A DNA stretch of 63,555 bases, the filler included, from Octopus bimaculoides (Eukaryota), in assembly GCF_001194135.2 (NCBI RefSeq). It is 4 parts of 4 records of this genome, joined end to end, with 100 filler letters (N's around TTAATTAATTAA, not from the genome) between each part and the next. Parts side by side here need not be neighbours in the genome. Positions count along the whole stretch, not along the records: positions 1 to 25,295 come from NC_068982.1; positions 25,396 to 51,367 come from NC_068986.1; 2 more parts are not named here. One strand, 5' to 3'. Below, piece by piece: positions 24,057 through 37,449 of the stretch. The notes beneath the pieces were generated by a model that saw only the letters and a list, made by a program, of their open reading frames with translations, was not told the origin of the DNA and made no database searches. Each line of letters starts with the position of its first letter. Within the stretch, counting starts at the first letter, position 1. Made by a program: the position numbers and the translations under genes.

Positions 24057-24345
24057 CAATGACTGTTGATAATTATGATGACAATAGATGATGATAATGA
24101 TGATGAAGGCGATGATGAAGGCGATGACGAAGGTGATGACGAATATGATGATGATGATGACAATGCAGATGACGGTGATGGTGGTAGTAGATGTTGTGGT
24201 GCAAATGTGGAGTGGAGGATGATGATGATGATGATGAGGCAAAGGTGTACGACATTGGTAGGGAGAGGAAAACAAGGAAGAGGACAACGATGGCAACAAT
24301 GACGATAACAACAACAACAACAACAACGACAGATGAATTAAGCAG
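23868..24345. repeat. GAT/GGT/AAC trinucleotide low-complexity tract with an internal ~75-bp duplication
   Basis: Degenerate (GAT)n; 23942-24017 resembles 24138-24216. Confidence 0.85.
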
Positions 24346-24373
24346 CCCATCAATAATATAGTCCATTACTTAC

Positions 24374-24397
24374 CTCCTTATTATCTCCTTTACTCAT
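24374..24397 (-). CDS. Candidate start-codon exon (MSKGDNKE)
   Basis: ATC-ATG-AGT...GAG|GTAAGT consensus donor; the other frames are closed. An AG|GTAAGT 8-mer is expected by chance a few times in a window this size. Confidence 0.22.
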
Positions 24398-24611
24398 GAT
24401 TTATTCAAAACTGTTTTGAGCGATTCTTAAATCATTGTTGTTGAATCAATATTATTACTTTCATTAACTCGTTTCCAGTTTCCCATTGCTTAATGAATAG
24501 AGTGGGTAAATATCTAATCAAGGTTTTTTTTGGATCATGTATTTCCAGAAACTATTAGGCTTCAAAAACCTCAAGACTTTCGCTTTACACAGTAGAATCT
24601 ATTTTTATTCT

Positions 24612-24833
24612 TTTATATTTTACTCATTTCAGTCATTAGACTTAGGCCATGCTGGTGCACCACCTTGAAGAATCTTTTAGTCAAGTGAATTGACTACAGT
24701 ACTTATTGTTTTAAAGACTGGCAATTATTTTATCCACCTATTTTGCTGAACTGCTAAGTGATAAGGATGTAAACACACCAACACCAGTTGTCAAGCAGTG
24801 GAGAGGGACCAACACAGACACAATGACATACAC

Positions 24834-24871
<38 letters not shown>

Positions 24872-25012
24872 CAGGCTTCTTTCAGTTTTCATTACTAAAT
24901 CCACTCAGAAGGATTTGGTTAGCCTGAGGTGATAGTAGAAGCAACTTTCCAAGGTGCCATGTATTGGGACTGAACCCAGAACCATGTGATTGGGAGTTAT
25001 ACTTCTTACCAC
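24612..25012 (-). mobile_element. SINE family A
   Basis: Colinear with 2842-3286. Confidence 0.85.
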
Positions 25013-25020
25013 ACTTATAC

Positions 25021-25051
<31 letters not shown>

Positions 25052-25295
25052 TATACATACACATTATATACATTCAAACGCCGGTGTTAAAACGGGGGTA
25101 GCTGATGAAGGAAAATGTTCTCTATGCGGCTTGTGTGTTTTCTGTACTCTGGTTATTATTATTTCTTGTCTACGTTTTGTTTGCAATGTCCTGTACCCAG
25201 ATATGCACCTATATATACAGGTAGACGTAGGTATGCACACACCTGAACGTATATATGCATATACTCATTTATTATTTGTTTATATATATATATAT

Positions 25296-25395
25296 NNNNN
25301 NNNNNNNNNNNNNNNNNNNNNNNNNNNNNNNNNNNNNNNTTAATTAATTAANNNNNNNNNNNNNNNNNNNNNNNNNNNNNNNNNNNNNNNNNNNN
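25296..25395. other. Artificial scaffold-join spacer
   Basis: 44 N + TTAATTAATTAA (stop codons in all six frames) + 44 N = 100 bp. Confidence 0.95.
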
Positions 25396-25683
25396 TATGA
25401 GGATATTATTTCTTATAATATCAGCGGGTTAGCGTACGTAAAAACCCTATAACGGTAAAAAAAAATATTATCAGTTGATAATTAAGGGAACTAACAAATT
25501 CATTTGCGCGCTTTCACTTTTGTGTTTCAGAGAAATTTTGTAGTTTGTCATTTTGACTGCTATATTTAGCATGGCAATACTGATTGCTAGTACCCTTAAT
25601 TATTAATTGCTAATTTTTTTTTACCGTTATAGGTCTTTTACGCATGCTAAGCCACTGGTCTAATAAACAATAATATCCTCATA
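25396..25683. mobile_element. Foldback MITE with ~90-bp TIRs
   Basis: TATGAGGATATTATT..TTAGC.T.CGTAAA..CCTATAACGGTAAAAAAAAA..ATAATTAAGGG on the left is mirrored on the right; related pieces at 25890-26170 and 56105-56195. Confidence 0.75.
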
Positions 25684-27283
25684 TATATTTAAATAATTTT
25701 TATTCACTTCGATCATTTAATTTGTTGCCGCATTAAAAACGGTGATGGTGAAGATTGGTGAGATAAATAATTTCTATAACTCTGGGGTTAGTAAGACTCG
25801 CTGAAGATGAACTACAAGTGATAGGTGTATGTCTGGCCTTTTCAATTTTCGATTATTTACGTCATTGGTACGGGGTTTTAGAATTTTTATTCATTTACCC
25901 GCTTTCACCTTTGCGTTGAAGTGAAAATTTGTGGTTTGGTCAGTTTGACTGCTATATTCAGCATGTCGGTGTGCTTGTTAGTAACCTTAATTATTAATAT
26001 ATATATATGTATATATATAATATAATATAGGATAAAATCTTTATAAGAATTTATCAAGTAGTCAGCGTGAAAAAACCTCATAAGGAAAAAAAACCATCGT
26101 TTTTTTCCCATAAATATATATAATTTATATAAGGGCATTACTATATAGTAATGCCTCATGCTTAGAGGGACTAAATAAGTCAAAACTACCATAAAAAAAA
26201 CTACCAAGAAATAAGCACATATTTACCGAAAGCGAGGGAATGCAACTTTCAAAAAATTAACCTCCTTAAAACATTTAACTTAACGGCAAACCACTGGTTT
26301 CATAATTAATGCAGCAATGTAGTAAGCTACATCTTTTATTCATCAGTGCACGTATGGTCGAGACACATAAAAAACAAACAAAAATCAACATACCCCGATG
26401 TACCCAACAAAGTACGATGACTTCTGTTCATCCTTATATATCCGTGAAAGAGGCTGGCTTTATCCAGTTGCATCTCGGTAACACGTGCTTTTACAGAATA
26501 ATATTCAGCACTGAATATATTCTAATTATTTATAATATAATATAGGTTAAAATCTTTATAAGANNNNNNNNNNNNNNNNNNNNNNNNNNNNNNNNNNNNN
26601 NNNNNNNNNNNNNNNNNNNNNNNNNNNNNNNNNNNNNNNNNNNNNNNNNNNNNNNNNNNNNNNNNNNNNNNNNNNNNNNNNNNNNNNNNNNNNNNNNNNN
26701 NNNNNNNNNNNNNNNNNNNNNNNNNNNNNNNNNNNNNNNNNNNNNNNNNNNNNNNNNNNNNNNNNNNNNNNNNNNNNNNNNNNNNNNNNNNNNNNNNNNN
26801 NNNNNNNNNNNNNNNNNNNNNNNNNNNNNNNNNNNNNNNNNNNNNNNNNNNNNNNNNNNNNNNNNNNNNNNNNNNNNNNNNNNNNNNNNNNNNNNNNNNN
26901 NNNNNNNNNNNNNNNNNNNNNNNNNNNNNNNNNNNNNNNNNNNNNNNNNNNNNNNNNNNNNNNNNNNNNNNNNNNNNNNNNNNNNNNNNNNNNNNNNNNN
27001 NNNNNNNNNNNNNNNNNNNNNNNNNNNNNNNNNNNNNNNNNNNNNNNNNNNNNNNNNNNNNNNNNNNNNNNNNNNNNNNNNNNNNNNNNNNNNNNNNNNN
27101 NNNNNNNNNNNNNNNNNNNNNNNNNNNNNNNNNNNNNNNNNNNNNNNNNNNNNNNNNNNNNNNNNNNNNNNNNNNNNNNNNNNNNNNNNNNNNNNNNNNN
27201 NNNNNNNNNNNNNNNNNNNNNNNNNNNNNNNNNNNNNNNNNNNNNNNNNNNNNNNNNNNNNNNNNNNNNNNNNNNNNNNNNNN

Positions 27284-27333
<50 letters not shown>

Positions 27334-27856
27334 TGTATACTTATGCATATATGCCTGTGCGTTTGTAGAAGTACAAGCATGCACAAATAAATGTGGGTAT
27401 ATTTATGCACAGAAGAGACCACTGAGTAAACAGGATACATGATAGTCTAGCTTGAGGTCAACTGGTTGAGTTTGTAGCCAAGACACTAATGTACCACTGA
27501 TACTAGTATATCACTGTGATTGTAGTCTAAAAATATTCAGTTTCGTTGGGCTGAGTACAACATTTGCTCAGTGTGTGTCTTGTTGAGAATTCAAAATCCC
27601 ACAGGTTTAATTTAAAATCAATAATTTTGATTTCCCATTAATCGTCAACCGTGATTAACAAAATTGATTAATTAAATTGATAAGCTAATAGTTGAAATAT
27701 TAATAGCACTGTCACTATCATACAGCATACATGTACAAAATTTCATGTCTGCAGGTATATATGTATATGTGAGCATGCATGAATGTATGTAGGTACAATG
27801 TATATATATATATATGTATATAAATGTATGTGTGTATGTATGTATATATATGTATA

Positions 27857-27917
<61 letters not shown>

Positions 27918-28668
27918 NNNNNNNNNNNNNNNNNNNNNNNNNNNNNNNNNNNNNNNNNNNNNNNNNNNNNNNNNNNNNNNNNNNNNNNNNNNNNNNNNNN
28001 NNNNNNNNNNNNNNNNNNNNNNNNNNNNNNNNNNNNNNNNNNNNNNNNNNNNNNNNNNNNNNNNNNNNNNNNNNNNNNNNNNNNNNNNNNNNNNNNNNNN
28101 NNNNNNNNNNNNNNNNNNNNNNNNNNNNNNNNNNNNNNNNNNNNNNNNNNNNNNNNNNNNNNNNNNNNNNNNNNNNNNNNNNNNNNNNNNNNNNNNNNNN
28201 NNNNNNNNNNNNNNNNNNNNNNNNNNNNNNNNNNNNNNNNNNNNNNNNNNNNNNNNNNNNNNNNNNNNNNNNNNNNNNNNNNNNNNNNNNNNNNNNNNNN
28301 NNNNNNNNNNNNNNNNNNNNNNNNNNNNNNNNNNNNNNNNNNNNNNNNNNNNNNNNNNNNNNNNNNNNNNNNNNNNNNNNNNNNNNNNNNNNNNNNNNNN
28401 NNNNNNNNNNNNNNNNNNNNNNNNNNNNNNNNNNNNNNNNNNNNNNNNNNNATATATTCCAGGGTTAAGTGAAATGTTTTTGTATGACGGATAAATTAAG
28501 AAATGGAGTCAAACGCAGACGTTATTCAAATCATTTATACTTCCAACATATTTCCAAAAAGACATTGAGATTATTCCGGAGGGAATAGAAATGATGATAT
28601 ATATATATTTGTGTATTTCTATACATACCTGCATACATGCATACATACATGCATACATACACACACAC

Positions 28669-28722
<54 letters not shown>

Positions 28723-28756
28723 AACACATACACACTCATATATAGATATATGTATA

Positions 28757-29405
28757 CAAATGACTGTGTGGCATAGAAGCTTGCTTTGCAAGTACGTGAT
28801 TTCTGGTTCAGTACCGATGTGGGTTCAGTCCCATTTCGGGTTAAATCCCACAAGATCAATTGTCTTGTGAGTAAATTTTGTCGACGGAAACAGTGTGAGA
28901 ATCTAACATATTTGCGTGCGTGCGGGTGTATTTTTTGGTTGTCACCCCTACCATTACTTGCAGAGACGTGTAGATTTTGTGATTAGGGTGCTGAACTCAT
29001 TTTCGTAAGATTGTGGTTTCGATTCCTCGGCCGGGTGACACGCTGTGTTCCTGAGCAAAACACTTCATTTCACGTTACCTCCAGTCCATTCAGCTGGCAA
29101 AAATGAACAATCATGTAATGGACCGGCGTCTCGTTCAAAGGTTGAATATATACGCCACGGAAAACGGGAAACCGGCGCTATGAGCCTATATGACTTGGAA
29201 AGTATCTTTATCCTACATTCTATCATCAATTGACAACCGGTTTCGGTTGGTTTATGCCTCCGTAACATTTATATTAACAGGTAGAATTAGTACCAGTTTA
29301 TATATTTTTTTTATAAGCGCTGGGGCTGATTTGTTCGACTAAACATTTCAAGACGGCGCACCAGCATGGCCCCTGTCCAATCATTGTTATAAGAGCAAAA
29401 TAAAA
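28757..29405 (+). mobile_element. Adjacent SINE fragments (family A head 28757-28910, a second tRNA-like head 29010-29110, family A tail 29240-29400)
   Basis: GGGTTCAGTCCCA, GTTTCGATTCC..CCTGAGCAAAACACTT, and CCAGCATGGCC motifs. Confidence 0.6.
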
Positions 29406-29492
29406 ATATACGTGTGTNNNNNNNNNNNNNNNNNNNNNNNNNNNNNNNNNNNNNNNNNNNNNNNNNNNNNNNNNNNNNNNNNNNNNNNNNNN

Positions 29493-29538
<46 letters not shown>

Positions 29539-30058
29539 GTGTGTGCGTGCGTGTGTGTTTATGTGTGCGTGTTCAATATTTAGAAATGAAATACCTCCAG
29601 ATTAATGCAGTACGTAAGTCTGATGTACGACCAAGGTTATCCTTCAAAATTAAAGACGTTCAAGCTTCAAACAAGCTGTGTATCTAGAACCCGTCCCTGA
29701 TTTTATGATGACATGCAATTTGAAAAGGATTTTACTTCCACTTCTCACAAATTAGCGACCAAATAGTGTTTTCTTGTCGTGTATTTTGAGCATCTCATTC
29801 GTCGAGCTTGCTAGATTATGTATTACTGCATATGGCATTTTGTGCGCAAAGGAAAACTAAAGATGGTCTAACAAAGTCTCGATTCAAAGACATCGTACCT
29901 AGAGGATGAATTCCAATAGACATTTTGATAAAATGGCAATAACCAGTCAAAAATAGACGGGATGTTCTCGAGTTCGTCCCGCACACTGAGAAAAAGAGAA
30001 AGAGAGAGAGGGAGTAAGAGAGAGAGAGGGAGTGAGAGAGAGAGAGAACCTTAATGTA

Positions 30059-30118
<60 letters not shown>

Positions 30119-30882
30119 GCGATCAGTTCCAACAGCACTTAGTAGCACCCTCACCCAGGAGCAGTCAGTAACTCAGTAGCACTCCCAAGTACTATCAGGG
30201 ATGAGAGAGAAAAAGAGCGGAAAGGAGTCAGAGAGTGGATGAATGCACATGTCTGTGGAATCCTCAGCTACATATGCATGGTAATTTAACTAGTAGGCAG
30301 AGCAGCTGATCGAAAAATTGAATGTTATCCCCTCTCACACACAGGTAGGAAAAATAAGAAAGTGTTGAAAATGCGCTAAACTTTTATATATAGTAGTTTG
30401 AATAAAAGAAGTTTCATATTTCAACACAAAGGTAAGTATTTGTTATTTATGTGTATGAATGAAAGTAGAAGTTATAAAAATATATTCCCTAATAGCAAAT
30501 GCTTACATATAACAGTTTTACTGTAAAATTAATGATTTCAAATTTTGGCACAAGCCCAGCAATTTCGAGGGATTTAGTTAGTTGATTACATCGGTCCCCA
30601 AAGGATGAAGGGAAAGGTGTATTATTTCATATGCTGTGTTTTACGCAAAGAAAAAGGACAGAGAATCATATCCTATTGAAAAGTTAACGGACGGAATAAA
30701 CTTCTCGTACCAAAAAGGCTTACTGAATAGATTTCAGCGCATGTTGTTGGCAAAATGCAGTAGAAGAAAAATCATATTTCACTGACCGATTTTCGCTGTC
30801 GTTCAGCTTTACAAAGTTTAACATGAGAGCTTTCAATGAATTTTGATTCATATACATACGCGTGAATATGCGCGCGCGCGCG

Positions 30883-30913
<31 letters not shown>

Positions 30914-31207
30914 ATTATTTAATAAACGCAATATATAATTTTATGAGCTAAATATATAATATATATAATTTCATGCGATGAAAACATCTCAGATAGCATT
31001 TTATAACACGGCTGGTGCCTTCACGCAATCCTCGGGCTCTGCCCACATGGCATTAGAAGCTCAGTTTTAGCTTGTTATGCCATGTCTTCATCGCATGATA
31101 TTATTAGTAGCCCATAAAATTACATACCGTATTTATTAAATAATTTTTATTTCTCACCAGATGGTGTACTTTTTTTATCTTACCATCACGGAACAGTACT
31201 CTATAAA

Positions 31208-32057
31208 ATAACTTTGATAACTTTGATAGGTTTCGGCCAGTATAGTCCCGAGCCATGTCTAACTTAATAGCATCACCTGGTGACATCTTTTAGTCATATA
31301 TGGGGTACCATGGCCCACTCTAGCAAAGAGTTATTGTTGGAGACATATCCGGGTTGGTCCGGGATTTTTTAAAGAAATTTGTCCAGTGAACTTTTGAATT
31401 TTATGGGAATGTTTCCGTTTTGACGTATTTTGGCATGATATTAAAGAAAGCTGAACCGGTTCAGGTAAAGTACTTGTGTCATAATGTTATGTGTTCTGCG
31501 TTCGATTTTTGTAGTGGGCGGATAGCACCGGGGCCAAGTCTTGAGTGGATTTTAAAACTGATGCCAGCATCATTTGAGCAATATTGATGGAATATTTTCC
31601 ACATCACACATATGATATAGCGCTTCCGGCGGCGTTGGAGAGAGTAGAGATAAGTTTTTTTAGTCGACCCCAATAATCAATGCGTCATGCCGTCTATCTT
31701 TCTTGTTATTGACTTCTGGAGTGCTTCCACTTTCATAATGAGTTGCTTCGTGTGGGGAGACCACATTGGGTAACAGTATTCAAGGTAGGGTCAGGCAAAA
31801 GTAGAGAAGAGAAGGATGATGGTGTGGGCATCTCTAGACCGGAAAGTTCTCAGAATCCAGGATCACATCTTGTGGGCCAAGTCAACGTTGCTGATTACGT
31901 GGGAACTCCAACTTGGATTGCTATCATAAATCACTCCCAGGTTTCTGGTGTTGTTGGATGACACTAGGGAGTCGCCTAGGGGAAGGGCATATGGTAGTTT
32001 CAGAGTATGCTCTTTTCCAAAGTATATCAAATTAAACTTATTTTCATATAGAAGCAT
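31208..32057 (-). mobile_element. CR1/L2-clade LINE, 5'-truncated 3' end (degenerate ORF2 C-terminus)
   Basis: Peptides NLGVIYDSNPSWSSHV, SWILRTFRSRD, YLEYCYPMWSPH, LYSLQRRRKRYII and NNNSLLEW; ends in a (TATCAAAGT)2 tandem tail; several stops and frameshifts. Confidence 0.88.
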
Positions 32058-32995
32058 ATTGTTCTTTTCTTTCTATTGGACAATAGCAAGCAGATTCGAC
32101 TGAAGGCAAGTTCGGTCTCTCATACCGTTTATGGCCTTCTGGAGTTTGGAATCATCAGCGAAGATTTTCAATATAGAATGTTCGATGACGTAGCGCGCGC
32201 GTGTGTGTTTGAGTATGTGTACGCCCGCGCGCCTAACTATGTGTTTCTGTCTGATCGTATGTCATTGACTCTGTCATATTTTTTATGTTGTGTGATACTG
32301 GCCGTTTAAGACATAGAAAAAGAAAATATATAATAGATTTCCCACCCAAAAAAGTTGCTCCAGCATGGCTGCAGTCCATTGCCTGAAATCAAAGAAAGAA
32401 TGACAAGAAAAATGAAAGAATATTTACGTATATATACACACACATATTCGTATATATGTATGTATGTATATATGTATGTATGTATGCATGTATGTATTAT
32501 GTATGTATGTATGTATGTATGTATGTTTGAACGTATGTGTGTATGTATGTATGTATACTTATTTAGCATTTCTTGGTCTGCTGTTAAATGTATGAGGTAA
32601 GGAAATAAGGTCTTTTTACAAGGAATATAGTTCCACTTTATAAGGGAAAGACGTGTAGTACTTTATCAGTATATCTCTTACTGAACTTCTATATTATGAA
32701 TTGGAGATGTGACCCCCATCTCTGTGGGCTTTCAGTTTTAAAGACAAGAGGGACAACATGAAAACCAGTAAAGCTTGTGATCAGGTTCAATGTCATCCTT
32801 GTACTTATAATTGTTTAGTTTATGGCTTTATGTGTTTTTAAAGACGTCAGAACGCTAACTCTCCAAAACGCTTACACTCCAATTTGTATGAAAATACATC
32901 TGCTTGAATTCAGTTCTGGTTTCTTCTGTAACATGATGTTTTTGTACATATGAATATACATAGGTGCTTGTTTTCAATTTGGATATGTGTTTATA

Positions 32996-33043
<48 letters not shown>

Positions 33044-33317
33044 CATATGTACATATGTAATACATTTAGACACAAATGCACACAAACATACGCGCACACA
33101 CAGTCACACACACACGCACATACTCACAGATGCACGCATATACATGTATATAATATCTAAATATGCCTGGACGTAATGTGTTTGTCTGTTTTTGTATATG
33201 TGTATATACATGCAAACATACGTACATATATACATACATACATAAATACATGATAAATACATACACAAACATATATATACATACACATATAATATATATT
33301 ATATATATATATGTATA

Positions 33318-33362
<45 letters not shown>

Positions 33363-34014
33363 GCATGCATACATATATGCATATATGAGAGTATCTGTAC
33401 TATTATTCTAATGTAAGAGAATATATAAACATATAAATATAATATCTTTTGTTTGTATAAATATATAAGTGTATGACTATAAACATGTATATGTGTCTGT
33501 GCGTGTTAAATTCCTATTATCAAGTCAAAACCATCCTGAGAGTGGCATATTATAGCTTTTATTTTTTATAGCATTTCCCCATACTTTACGAATTATTTTT
33601 GTTCTTTTTTTAGTCTAAACCCAAACGTCTTTTGTCGGTAGGTCTGGCAGCTGTCAAACGAATTCGATCCTAGAAATAATACAATTTTCTGTGAAATTAC
33701 ATCAGTGCTTGTCACTTAATTCTGACAATAATAAACTCTCCAAGATTCTATAGTGTACAAGCCACATTACAAAAACGGAGAAAAAAAAAACACTACTAAA
33801 ATAGATCCACCATTGGTATGTTTTTTCCCTTCTCCTTTATCCTTCTAACAGGATGGGATTATGTTTTTTATCAGTTTTCTTATTGCATTCGTTGAACATG
33901 ACGAAAAAAATATTTTTGCTTCTTCGCATGTGTAAATTGTTTGTATGTATGTGTGTATGTATGTAGATAGATTGATAGATATATTATGCATACATACATA
34001 CATATCTATATCTA

Positions 34015-34046
<32 letters not shown>

Positions 34047-34055
34047 TCTCTTTCA

Positions 34056-34186
<131 letters not shown>

Positions 34187-36199
34187 TGTATGCGTGTATA
34201 TTATACATACATATCTATATCTATCTATCTATCTATATATATATATATATGTACACACATACATACTTATGCATACATATATTTATATATGTATATATAT
34301 AATCTTGTGTCTCTACTTGTGCATATGTACGAACGTGTACGTATGTGGGTTTGTGTCTCTGTGTAAGTGCATCCGTCTTCGTGTTCTTTTGATGCTTATA
34401 AATTGTTGATTTAATATTGTCTAGAAACATTTGTTTGCAGCTTAATACGTAAATCTGTCCGGCAAATTCTTATAAGTTAGATTTACGTAAGGTTAACCGG
34501 TTTTGTCACCACCAGCAGCAAAACCACCACCACCACTACCACCATCACCACTATCTTCATTATTATCATCATCATCATCATCATAGCTCATTCATATTTT
34601 GTATCTCCCTTAATACCGCTTTATACAAGAATAGTTTGTATAAATAGTATATGAATAATATATTTTTTATGACCTAACCATAGGTTGTGAGTTCAATACC
34701 ACTATAAGTGTGTTATTGTTGTTGTCATTGCTGTAGCTGCTTACTCCCCCATATTGTCTCTGATTGAGTAAATCTTTAATCAAAAGCACTCATACCATGA
34801 CTATTGTATCATTGTTTTAATGTATTATGTACCCTACACTGCACTATCCAAAATATAATTTCTTTAACGACAGTACGGCGTAGTTTCAAGGAGATTTGGC
34901 TAATATTTTTGGTAGGTCAAATGATCACGTAAAGTTTCCCTCGCTGGCTTTTAAAAGTTTATAGCTCTGCACAAATGAATCTCCCCAGATGCAGATAGTG
35001 GACACGAAATAACATGGAATGAATTTTTGTATAAGCATGATATTTGGTATACTAGATAGGAAGATTATTGCACTTAAAGATTTTCATAAATTGGACATTC
35101 CGATAAGAGTAAGTAAGCAAACAATCAACTCCTTATCAACAGTGAAACAGAAAAGAAATATGTTGAAGCTAAAGAAGCAGATGGAAAAGGCCAGTGCGTT
35201 GTGGATCAGTTTTATGCAAGACAATTTTTCTACGGACTGCGGGATCGCACACATTACAAGACACATTAAAATGCATAATATATAGTTTATTAACAATATA
35301 ATGTCAGGATGCATGAGAGGTGAATATATATATCCACTTAACATCCTTGGGATTACGGCCAAGATAACCACACAATTTTCTGAATCCATATCTTATACTA
35401 CTAATTTAATTATTACATATATAATACAGATATAATGCAAAAGCACACTGCAGACTGCGATAGTCAATAAAGTGGAAATAAAATTAAAAAATTTATTCCT
35501 TCTGTGCGGTCTGTTACTAAACGATCCACGGTCTGGTGGTTGGGACCTGTACAATATTCTCTCCCTTCAGGTACATCTTCATCACTATGGATTGGCAGAT
35601 TAATGGGATTGGTCAACGAGATATTTTTTTATATTTGTTCTAGCTATTTGTGTTCCGATTTCTTGAAAAACCACCAGCTGGCCGGGACTCGATGGAGGAG
35701 TGGGGATCAGATTATTGTTTGAGGAAAAATTTGCGCCTTCCTAACCCCGGTCTCAGAATAAAATAACCAATAAAATAAACAATCATAAGCGTTGCCCTTC
35801 CTTTCTGAGCTAAGCGGTAAAATAACTTGTGTTGCACCTGGGGAATGATAAAAAGAAGTCGTTTTTGATAAAAAAAAAAAAAAAGAAACCTGCTCACAGT
35901 AGAACTATAAGCACCCTAGTATTGGAGAAACATTCATCAAGTACTGAGAGTATACATATTCCCCGTACAACGACAGTATCTAGATTTGATCTTCTTCCAC
36001 AGAATCTACAAACAGTATTTGTTATATTCCAACGTACATATATAGCAAATTAGGGCACAACACTTACGTTTGCTTGAAGAGTAGATTCTCGGAGATCTAT
36101 AAGAGGTATATTAGTTCCAGTGTAGATGAATTTAATTCCACAATTCAACAAAATGATATTGCTAACTGAAAACTTGTTTAACTAAAGGAGGTAAGGACG

Positions 36200-36400
36200 T
36201 TTCAGTTTACATATCACAAATACAATAAAATCAAATGGATCAACACGTTTACAAGGAATGCTGGGAGTATATAAGCATGAAAGATAAGGATCTCTTGAAA
36301 CAAAGACTCAAACATTGTTGTGAAGAACAACAAACATCAGTGGATGCAAATATCTGTAAGAAAGTTGCTAAGGAGACAGTAGCAAAACATACACTCATGT
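36200..36400 (+). mobile_element. Possible RTE-like reverse transcriptase fragment
   Basis: ECWEYISMKDKDLLKQRLKHCCEEQQTSV loosely follows the RTE segment L..IG.DGKD...I..LY.EQ.A.V. Confidence 0.3.
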
Positions 36401-37449
36401 TCGCAATCATAAGCTTTTCTTTATAAACACAGGCCTATTACATTGAGGCTAAAAACTGGTGACGTTTTCGCTAAGAGAAGGCTTCGCACCTTCCAAATCT
36501 TGCCAGTTTGTAGTGCAGTGAAGATATGGAAAACATTAGAAATATCTTTCATTTGAGTCTCTTGCAGCAACACACACTCACACACACACACACACACGCA
36601 CACACACACACACACACACACAGACACACACACACACACACAAACAAACAAACAAACAAACACACATACATACACACACATTGCTTGCGTGTAAATAAAA
36701 TTCATCGTGCGTCGCTTTCGACAATTATTATTCCAGTTGTTCGATCAGCCGAATGATCTAATCCGGGACCATTGTATAAGTGGTTGAGTACTCTACAAGC
36801 ACATGTACTCTCAATGCAATCATTAGCTAGAAACAGCTTGATACTGTATGAGAAAGAAGGCGTTTTGAGTACCAAACACAATCCATTCGTTCGGGCTTCC
36901 ACGCACTTTCTACCGATTCAATTTTGCTCTTAAAAGCGTATTACCAGCTCTGATCTCATTGCTGCATCTACAAGCATGAACTCTCCAACACATGCACATA
37001 CACACACTATCTGTGTGTATATTTGTGTATAGCAATATGTATGGCATACATGCATGTTTGAATGTATTTATTTGTTTATAGATTATTACGCAAACACACA
37101 CATGCACACACACTATGTGTGATTGTGTGTATATGGGTATGCATGATATGTGTGTGTGTGTGCGTGCTTGTGTGCAAGAAATACTCCATTTAATGAGATA
37201 TAAATATCATTTGATATATACTATATTAAAATAAGAGCTCCTAATAATTTCTTGTCATTAAGACACGTGGTTATGTAGGTTTTAAAAATGTGCCTTGTGT
37301 CTCCAAGCATTCTGCAGGCTGGTACATGAGACACCATGATGTAAAACGAGAAGGCTGATGCAAAACATGGAATGAGAAGACAAACGAGGAATGTCATCGG
37401 AAAAAGAAAGGAAAGAAAAGAAAGAATATTAGAGTTACGTTCCCTTCGA

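Noticed and set aside
25101-25135. CTGATGAAGG suggesting another hammerhead
   Set aside because: No stem II and no GAAA at a suitable distance.
35120-35280. SETEKKY..FFYG peptide reminiscent of Gypsy RNase H
   Set aside because: The spacing and the catalytic DAS/TDH motifs do not fit, and no LTR, RT or integrase is nearby.
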